Shown in pieces: positions 54,746 to 64,000 of a DNA stretch of 64,000 bases. The DNA comes from Octopus bimaculoides (Eukaryota), in contig NC_068994.1 of assembly GCF_001194135.2 (NCBI RefSeq), forward strand, positions 59,199,960 to 59,263,959, written 5' to 3'. A program made the translations under genes and the position numbers. Numbering within the stretch: the first letter of the stretch is position 1; the number at the start of each line of letters is the position of its first letter. Under the pieces are notes generated by a model. That model saw only the letters and a program-made list of their open reading frames with translations. It did not search any database and was not told the origin of the DNA.

Positions 54746-57700
54746 CTGGTATGGGAGACAACTCTGTACAGGTTTCCATGTTATTATGACCTTATCAGTG
54801 AAATATAAACTTAAATGTATTTGCCCAGTAAGTAATGGGAGAATCACTAAGTCTATGTACAGGAATATACAGCAGTTGGTTGAGAAAAACAGACTTGCTT
54901 TCAGAATAATCACTCAGCACTGCCATCTGCAGAAATGCCAATAGTTATACTAAAAGAATTGATGTTATCTATTATTTCATTGTGCAGATATTATCAACGC
55001 TTTATCGTCCCTTGAATACATTATAATAGACTTTGAAACCTTTGTTAATAATAATAACTGATTGGAATTGGAAATTAATTGGGACACAGCTATATAAAGG
55101 GTTAGGTTGCGAAAATGTGTGCTTGTGTTGGTGAACTTTGTGTTATCAATGATTATTATCAGAATGAAAAAAAAAAAACAGGTCAAATCTTAATGAAATT
55201 GGACAAATATGGAGAAATCTGTCTGGGAAGCTATCAAGTAGGAACTAACCATAATAGTGGAATCACTAAACATTGTCTTTAGAAATTTGTTCTCCTGCAG
55301 CATAATTATATTTTATATAATGACCCAAGTAAATTAATACAGGTGTGGCAGGTGTGGGGGACATTTTGTTTATGTTTAAGAAATATAATATTCTAAGCAA
55401 AATTTAAGTGTTCAACATGAACTCAGCAACACTGCAGCAGATGTTGTAAATTTTACATTTACTATGTGTAAAGCACCCTCCTGCCTACAGTTCATCCTGC
55501 AAAATGATTGGTTAATTGGGCAGGGGGAAAATGTAAGGTTGTAAAGTCCCTTTGGTCCTGTCACATCAAGGTTTATTCAACCTCTCTAGTGTTTGCACTA
55601 CAAGAAAAAATACCCAGAACACTCTGCTGATGTTAGGAAGGGCATCCAACTGTACAAACACAGCCAAATGACACATATGAACATCATTCTGTGGAAGAAG
55701 TAGCTTCCATAGAATGGGTATGACCATTCCAACCCAGAGTAACAAGGAAAACAGACATTAAATAAAGTTGTTGTTGTTGGATATTATCTACTGCTTATCT
55801 ATGAAAAATATTAAGTAAATAAATTGCAGAAAAGTTAATTATCTTTGAAAATGGGTTAATGAAAATCTTCCAGGTAAGTTAGACATTGATAGCAACAACT
55901 TGAAACAAAATGTTTTTTATATTACATAATAAGAAGAATTTTATGCAAAATTATTGATGTTAATTCAATGATTTTTACCTCCTGCACAAAAGAGCTCTGG
56001 AAAGCCAGATTTGTTGATTATCTACATTTCTGATTGAGATCCAAAAATAGTCTTCATCACTTGAAACTTAATTGAAACCAAAGCTGTTATTTTCAGTATC
56101 TATAGAGAATTTCACAAAGTAGGCCAATTAAACCTCTTGAAAAACCCTTTTACTATGAATTGTTCCTGGAAATTCTTCCAAATTTTATCTATTTCTATCA
56201 ACAGTGTCCTCTCAAAATTTGTTCATTTGCTCCACTGTGCTCATTTGTCTGTTTCTCGACTTTTTGGCCTAACTATAAAGTTGACCTTTTAAGTTGGAAT
56301 AAATTGCATCCCAGGTTTATAAGTATTTAATGAAAATGCAGAGAGATGAGAGGTTAGGATAGATGAAAATATCTGTGTACACTGTGAGAATGTTAATGGT
56401 TATGAAAATTAACAATGCAAAGCAATTGATAACATTTAGTATTTTAGAAAATTATCTAAATGGTAGAATTTCTTATTATAATGGAAAATTTGAAGAAAAT
56501 AATCTTGAAAATATTAAAATGTGACAATTTGAAAAGTAAAGCAACAAGTATAATGAAAATGAAGAGCAGAGTAAATGTATATCATAGTAAATGTATATCA
56601 GAGTAAATGTATATCAAGGTGTAATTTATGCATTTATTAAAGGTGAATGATAAGCAATTAAAGAGAAAGAAATGAAATCATTAGTCACCTAATTTGTTAC
56701 CTACTCAGATAAACTTTGAATTGATTGGAGATAAAAGCAGTAAAATTAGTATCACAAACACAAGTAAACAACATTGAAAACTCTTCACCCCTATCGCAGA
56801 CAATAAACTTTTCACTGTTTGCTGGAGTATCTACCCAGAAACATTTCGAGTAAAGGATTTAGAATATAGCTGGCTCCAATCAAAACATCATCTGAGATTA
56901 GTTTTTTATCAACAGACAGATGGAAAATTTGTATAAGGATGTACTTTGAGTGTAAAACAATTTTAAGATTTCAAATATAACAGGAAAGTATTTGTTTGTT
57001 TCTTGTTGGGAAGGATGGAAAAGACTAAGAGACGGATAAGGGGAAAACAGATGGAGTATTCTTGAATTTACTGAGACAAATACCTTCAACATATTGATCA
57101 ATAACGTATTGTTAAAGAAAAGGCATGACGTAGATTGTTTCACAGTTAATTAAATCAAGTTGTCAATACGGTACAATAATATTGCAGTGATATCACCAAA
57201 GACCAGATGTTTGGATTCGTTTATGCCACATTTCGGTCAAATAAATCCTGGTAAATTCTTCAGAGTATTTCTTAAAAGTAATTTTTAAAAGTTTTAGGAT
57301 TAAAACAGAATTTTTCTGTTAGAATATCAGAAAAATAGTCTTATATGTTGTATTTTAAATTTTTTGGTCTTGTGTATAAACCTTGTAAATTTATGAAAAT
57401 AATGTTTAAATTACATGAAGTTGTTTTTTTTCTCTTTAGCAGGATTCAGCAAACTTTATTGGAGATGGGCAAGATTGGAAGTGTTTTAATAATCTTGCAT
57501 TCAAATTGGAAATGTTTCTGTTTTGTGATCAGACAGGTAATATCCTGAGCCATGGTCATACAAACATACAAAAACAACCTTTTTTTATAAACTGTTTTTA
57601 AAACATCACCTAATACAACCAAAAAAATTTTACAGCTTAAACAGCTTAAATCTCGATATATGCTAAATAGAACAGAGCATATGAAGGAAGAGTTAAACGT

Positions 57701-58160
57701 GTATTAGTTTGGCTGAATGAAGGCAGTTGTGACTCTTCATGGTTGAAGACAGTTTAACCATTTCCCTAATGGACAAATACACATTTTTTTGTTCCTTCCA
57801 CTTAGCTTTCACTTGATGATTCGTGTAAACTATATGGTATCAGAATGTAAGATGTTGTTAGCGTCTTTCTTGCTCCAAAGGTAAAATCGTTTACTGTTTA
57901 GAACATTGCACCTGGGAGAACTTAAATTTTTTATCAAGTTGAGAAATTTTATCTTTTTTTTTTTTACATATAAAACATGCACAAGTAAAAAAAACATTGA
58001 TTCCTTTTGCTCTTTTCGTTGATACTGAATTCTGTTGTTTGTTGACCAAAAATAACAAAGAAATTTTGCATACAACATTATCTCTTTTCTTTTACTTGTT
58101 TCAGTCATTAAACTGTTCCCATGTTGGAGCATTGCTTTCAAGAATTCTTTTGTCAAATGA
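54746..58160 (+). pseudogene. Candidate decayed gene or small novel gene downstream of LHPP
   Basis: Stop-depleted frames at 55893-56330 (146 codons, 3 internal stops) and 56956-57288 (111 codons, 2 internal stops). Splice-flanked open blocks at 55830-55873, 56799-56930, 57443-57536 and 58105-58160. No family recognised. Confidence 0.38.
56570..56617 (+). repeat. 16-bp tandem repeat, 3 copies
   Basis: AGTAAATGTATATCAN x3. Confidence 0.9.
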
Positions 58161-58242
58161 ATCGACTCCAACACTTTTTTAATGCCCAGTACTTATTCTG
58201 TCAGTCTCTTTTGCCAAACCCTTAAGTTACAGGGACATTACG

Positions 58243-61200
58243 TGCAGAAAGCCTTTATTAGAAACTCAATATTTGAGCTACTTTTTACATATCAAATACA
58301 TATTCAGGCGCCGTGTGTGTCTTCTTCTTCGATCATTCCAGGTTGAATATGCAGCTGTGAAAACAGCTATTAGGAGAATGCACGCCAACTCAAACAGAGA
58401 CACTCTTGATTTTTGGCGCTCAATTTGGCTGTATTTGTAGGCCTTGCTCACAGAAAGTTCTAATCAGACCACCAAACTATCCCTTCAACGACGGTCATTC
58501 ATTGGATCAAATCTTGGTTGTGCACATGATTGAAGTGTGATTTCTGTGGCAAAATGCGGGATCGAATGAAATGCTGTATCAGTCCTCCTCCAGACAACTT
58601 GTGAGGGAAAACAAGGAATCGATAACAGAGTGGAAAATGTGCATGTACAATGAGAAAAACAACATAAACAATAGAAAAATATGAAAGCAAAACGTACACT
58701 TAACAAATGAAAAACAATTGTTCGTGGAAAAATGATTCACAGTAGACTCCATGTTGGATGTAAGATTCAACAGTTCATGTTATTGAAAACGTTTGAGTTT
58801 TTCCCTACCTTTTTTTCTTCTAAAAGTTAACTAAAAATAATAAGTGTGTGTATATTTTGTCGCTTCATGTAATTGTGTTAGAATTAGGTGTATTGACAGA
58901 TGCATTGATAGTGAACAGTATGTCACGTGTGAGCGGTGTGGATGTGGTAGAAAAAATGTAGGGTGTTGTTCACAGGAGTGACGAATCGATAAGAGCTTGC
59001 TTCAATCGATCGATGCTGTCTGATATTTCCCTTGAACGTACAACACCATGAAGTTGGGTTCTACTTTCAAGGCATGATATGGGCCGGTATACAATGTCTG
59101 CAACGGATGTTTAATTGCGTCAATAGGTATGAATAATTGCGTCCATGTATGACTATCTGGTGGAACAAAAGTCTTCATCGTTGGTAGTCTCGTTGCCAAT
59201 GGAGGTAACTTCGTCATGCATCAACGCAATCGATGAATATAACCTGCTGGAACAAAATGTTGATTGGCTGAAGCTGTAGTTAAAACCATTTGAGACTCAT
59301 AAAACAACGGATAAAACTTCTAGCCAACGGTCTGAATCAGGAGAAGCGCGCAGAGCTGCTTTCGATTGGCCATGAAAAAAGCCGATCTTTCCGTTAGACA
59401 CGGGGTGGATAAGCTGTCGTGAAGATTCGCTGGGTGCCTAGGAGATTAGAAAGGTCGGCAAAGTGACTGGATTCAAACTGACGACCTCAGTCAGTCGTTA
59501 TGGTCAAAGAAGCTTAAACACGAGAAATCTGCCGGGCCATGAGGTCCTTTGCGACGGTGAGAGACGAGACGTCNNNNNNNNNNNNNNNNNNNNNNNNNNN
59601 NNNNNNNNNNNNNNNNNNNNNNNNNNNNNNNNNNNNNNNNNNNNNNNNNNNNNNNNNNNNNNNNNNNNNNNNNNNNNNNNNNNNNNNNNNNNNNNNNNNN
59701 NNNNNNNNNNNNNNNNNNNNNNNNNNNNNNNNNNNNNNNNNNNNNNNNNNNNNNNNNNNNNNNNNNNNNNNNNNNNNNNNNNNNNNNNNNNNNNNNNNNN
59801 NNNNNNNNNNNNNNNNNNNNNNNNNNNNNNNNNNNNNNNNNNNNNNNNNNNNNNNNNNNNNNNNNNNNNNNNNNNNNNNNNNNNNNNNNNNNNNNNNNNN
59901 NNNNNNNNNNNNNATACACCAGCGCGCCCAAGTACGAATATATATTTGTGTACTAGGTCTTTTGCATACAAGGACTTGAAATCAATTTCGCTGTCGCCGA
60001 AATACCAGGATGAAATAAATTATGAAGAGTGGAGAAAATAGTTCGTCGATGATGCTTTGGAACGAAAGGTCGAGAAAAACCAGTAGAAACACCGCACAAA
60101 AAGACGAATCAGTAGAATATAATGGCAATAAATGGAAATCCAAAGAAGTTGATTCCAGTGTTCGATGTTGCAAAAATTTCTCGTTTTCTTCTTGATCCAA
60201 AGCGACCTGTTGCAAATCAGTAGAATCAGGGGTGTGCCAAAGCGTTGATTGAACGCGAGATGAGGGTATCCGCCACTGAATCATCAATACTTTTGATGTA
60301 ACGGATATTCACAGTGAACTGTGGAATAAAATTAAGGTGTCTGAATTTTTAGGAAAATATTTATGTTTTAGATTGCAGTGCGAATTTTAATGGAACGGTC
60401 GCCCTTCTAACAAATGCTGAAAATGTTTCACTAACAAATAAGCTACCAGAAGTGCGTATCTCGTTTCTGCCGGTTTCAGGCGCTTGGAGAACAAAAACGA
60501 AAGGGGTTGCCAGGCATTAAGAACAAATTGTTGCAAAACTGCCGATAAGTCTATCTGAAGCATCAACCATTAAAGCTAATGGTGCTTCCGGAACTGGACT
60601 TACCAACAGAGTAACTCTCGATAGTTTCTCCTTAATATCATGGAAAGCTTTCAGAGCAGCTAAATTTATTGATACAGCTTTGTTCTTTTGGGGTTTTTTT
60701 TTTAGTATTTAGCAATTAGGTGAGATGGAAAATTGTTTCTGTATATTGTGGAATAAATCTTCAATAGAAATTAATAAATCCGAGAAATTCTCGTAACCTC
60801 CTTGGCGACGTAGGAACTGGAATATCTCGAATAGCATCAACTTTTTCCTTCACAGGACAAATTCTATCGTTATCAATGACTTGTCCCAAAAATGTGGTAG
60901 AAGGGATGCCAAAACAACATTTATTGGCATCGATTATTACATCATGCCGTGATAATCTAGTAAAATACGTTCCAAATGAAAAGAAAATGTTAATAAGTCA
61001 TCAGTGCAGGCAAAAACAAAATTTAGACCACGAATGACCTCATCGATAAATCTTTGAAAGGCATTAGCAGCATTCCGAAAATCAAAAGAAGTTTTAAGAA
61101 TACTGGAAGAGGATGACGAAGAGTACATTCAGTGGAAACAAATTGTAGGAAATTTATGTTGACTTGTAAAAACGATTCGCCGCTGATCACCACTTGTAAC

Positions 61201-61775
61201 TGCAAGACAAAGATGTGGAGTAAACTCTGTGATAAAGAAATGATTTACCACTTATCGCATGTGAGTAGCAGGTTCCATGTTAGACGTCAGGTGTCATAAA
61301 TCATTACATGTGGCTGTAAGAAAACTCCGTTGGGCGTAACGAGATTTATGGATATCTGGATTTGTTTCACCCTTCAACGTTCGGGGTCACACATTGTAAG
61401 AAGGGAAGGCTTCCTTATGAATTGGAAAATAATTTATTGTTAATGGAAACATTCGGATGAAACTGCGTAATATGACACGTACAGAAATTCTTTGTTAGAA
61501 ACTCAACATTTGAGCTAATTTTAACATATCAAATGCTGTGATCATTCCAGGTTGAATATGCAGCTATGCAAACAGCTAACTCGTCTCGAGGTACTCTGAA
61601 TTTTGGCACTCAATTTAGCTGTATTTGTAGACCTCGCTTTCGGAAAGTTTTAGTTAGACCACCGAACTATCATGTGAACAACGGCCGTTGATTGAGTAAA
61701 ATCTCGGTTGTGCATATGATCAAATTGTGATTTCTATGTGGCAAAACGCGTGATCGAATATAATGCTATTGTATA
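58243..61775 (-). mobile_element. Decayed Ty3/Gypsy LTR retrotransposon (pol relics, diverged LTR-like direct repeats)
   Basis: RT relic (FRNAANAFQRFIDEV...TDDLL), RNase H (LMVDASD, FSKRLKPAETRY), integrase zinc finger (RPFVP...LHNLFHPG), integrase C-terminus (YTGPY...TASID); direct repeats 58243-58575 and 61480-61770. Confidence 0.8.
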
Positions 61776-62179
61776 AATTTTTGCAACATCGAACACTGGG
61801 ATCAACTTCTTTGGATTTCCATTTATTGCCATTATATTCTACTGATTCGTCTTTTTGTGCGGTGTTTCTACTGGTTTTTCTCGACCTTTCGTTCCAAAGC
61901 ATCATCGACGAACTATTTTCTCCACTCTTCATAAGTACAACTACTTCATGTCTATTATATTCTGAAACTAAAGGCGTGGTGACATTTCAATGGCATTAAT
62001 GTATGTGACATTGTAGATTGTTCCAAAAGCTTTGAGGTATGGCTTGCGCTTAAAACACGTAGGCAGAACCAACTCAGAATGTTATACTTACAAATATACC
62101 ACCCACGCATGAAATGTAACAGTTAAAAATGTTAACGTGACATGAGTGCCACTCTCTGCGCGTATGAAGTCATTTAACT

Positions 62180-62345
62180 AGCAAAACATGTGCTGTGGGG
62201 TAAGAAGCTTGCTTCCTAACCACATGATTCCGAGTTCAGTCCCACTTCGTGGCGCCTGGGACAAGTGTCTTCTATACCCTCGGGCTGACCAAAGCCTTCT
62301 GAGGGGATTTGGTAGACGGAAACTAAATGAAGCCCGTCGCGCACG
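62180..62345 (+). mobile_element. tRNA-derived SINE family C head
   Basis: GCTGTGGGGTAAGAAGCTTGCTTCCTAACCACATGATTCCGAGTTCAGTCCCAC...GGTAGACGGAAACT. Confidence 0.8.
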
Positions 62346-62740
62346 CGTGTACATACATACATACATACATACAGACAGACTAGCAATCTGTCATTTATGA
62401 CTACGTATGTTCCAGTTGATCCAATCAAGAGAACAACCTGCTCGTGAAATTAACGTGCAAGTGGCTGAGCACTCCACAGACACGTGTACACTTCATGCAG
62501 TTCTCAAGGAGATTCAGCGTGACACAGAATGTGACAACACTGGCACTTTTAAACACATGTCCTACACATTTTTACCAGCTGAGGGGAAACTGGAGCAACA
62601 TGAAATAAAGTGTCCTGCTCAAGGACACAACTTGCTGCCTGGTATCGAACTTACGACCTTATGATGGTGAGCTGAATTGTCCAAACCACTAAGCTACGCA
62701 CTTTCACACACACACACGCACACACACACGTACGTACATA

Positions 62741-63636
62741 CGTGGTCTGATCAATAAGTATCCGGACTGCTGCCATAGTAACGAAGCTAAAGCACGCAGA
62801 GTGAAGCCGCTTAACAAAGATTGACATTGAATTCTGCTGTGCATGCGCACAAAGTTTTAACGTTTTAGCTCACTCCCGCTGTTTACAGCAGTGCTTGGAA
62901 GGAAGGTGTGTAACGTGTGATCATCGCATTGACCATGACAGAGAAAGTTGTCGCGGCGATAGCTGATCAGAGGCCTAATCAAAGTTACAGAAAGTGTATG
63001 GAGAGGAGTGTATGAGCCGAACACAAGTGTACGAGTGGTTCAGACGTTTCCAAGATGACCAAAAAAATGTCGATATTGACGAACGTTCTGGGAGTCCCTC
63101 AACCAGTAAATCTGAGAAAAACATCGCAGATGTGCGTGCAGATGTGAGAGGGAAATCGTTGAATCACCATCCGTGAGTTATCAGAGTATGTGCAGATGAG
63201 TTACGGTTCGGTTCAGTCCATTATCACTGAAGATTAGGATATGAGACGCGTGTCTGCCAAGTTTGTGCCAAAACTGCTTTCAGCTGACCAAAAGGACACT
63301 CGAGTTACAGTTGCACAAGATCCCCTTGATTGTGTTGAGAACAATGAAAACTTTTTGAAAACTTTGCAAAGGCCTTTGAGTAGGTATCACCAAACTTTTG
63401 GCAAAATTTAATGCAGATTCTCTGCTCAACTTCCTCTGTCATGATCAATGCGACGATCACACGCTACACTCCTTCCTCCCAAGCACTGCTGTAAACAGCA
63501 GGAGTGAGCTAGAACGTTAAAACGTAGTGCGCATGCACAGCAGAGTTCAAGATCAATCTGTGCCAAGCGGCTTCACTCTGCGTTCTTTAGCCTCATTACT
63601 ATGGCAACAGTCCGGATACTTATTGATCAGACGACG
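62741..63636 (+). mobile_element. Non-autonomous mariner derivative with about 205-bp inverted arms and TA TSD
   Basis: TA|CGTGGTCTGATCAATAAGTATCCGGAC ... GTCCGGATACTTATTGATCAGACGACG|TA; internal VYGEECMSRTQVYEWFRRF and MRRVSAKFVPKLL. Confidence 0.92.
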
Positions 63637-64000
63637 TATGTATATAATTAGATGTCGAAATTGTAACGATATTTGGTCACTAACTGATGATGCAGTGAGC
63701 GTGTCCGCGTCCATTGTGTGTGTTTCTCCTGTATTTTTTCTTTTTCTTTTTTTTGTTCGTCTGTTCCTTTGTAGTCCCCTGTGATATATTTTTATTTTCA
63801 TTTATTGTTACACGACAGTTTTCCCCCCAGACAACCAATTCTTTCTATTTCGTGCGACTTCTCCCTCTTTTTATTTCTGTGTCTGTCTTTTCTTCTTTAC
63901 ATTTATCTTTTTATTGTTTTTTTCTTTCCTACGTACCATTTCTCCCCTCACTATCTCTCTATCATTTTTTCTCTATTTGCGCATTCTTGCTGTCACGTGT

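Noticed and set aside
54746-54827. Alternative LHPP 3' exon (phase 2 frame open, joins exon 6)
   Set aside because: It would replace the conserved LHPP C-terminus; phase match alone is a 1-in-3 coincidence.
57205-57262. Minus-strand CTGAAGA...CCGAAA as a hammerhead
   Set aside because: Stems I and II do not pair.

Overview
AT-rich animal genomic scaffold with 7 N-gaps (3001-3815, 4817-4826, 27336-27828, 36890-37200, 42835-42844, 44442-44481, 59574-59913). The repeat families look like those I recall from Octopus (inference, not a database result). I reconstructed three spliced genes by hand from splice sites and frame continuity. (1) An unrecognised minus-strand gene of about 15 exons (18205->158, >=655 codons) runs off the left edge. 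(2) CDC23/APC8 lies on + (21247-34329); 13 exons are visible and one is probably hidden in the 27336-27828 gap. (3) LHPP lies on + (39811-52006); it has 7 exons, 271 aa and one GC-AG intron. Introns and intergenic DNA hold tRNA-derived and RTE-tail SINEs, RTE, CR1-like and RLE-type LINE relics, Tc1/mariner relics, hAT and piggyBac-type MITEs, a foldback element, a decayed Gypsy element and microsatellites. I found no true tRNA, rRNA or CRISPR array, and I cannot demonstrate a new biological system. The best leads are: a hammerhead-ribozyme-like motif in a small structured island (16130-16345); the unrecognised gene with a possible alternative signal-peptide start; a stop-depleted pseudogene or novel-gene candidate after LHPP; and a mariner derivative built from two 5' ends.
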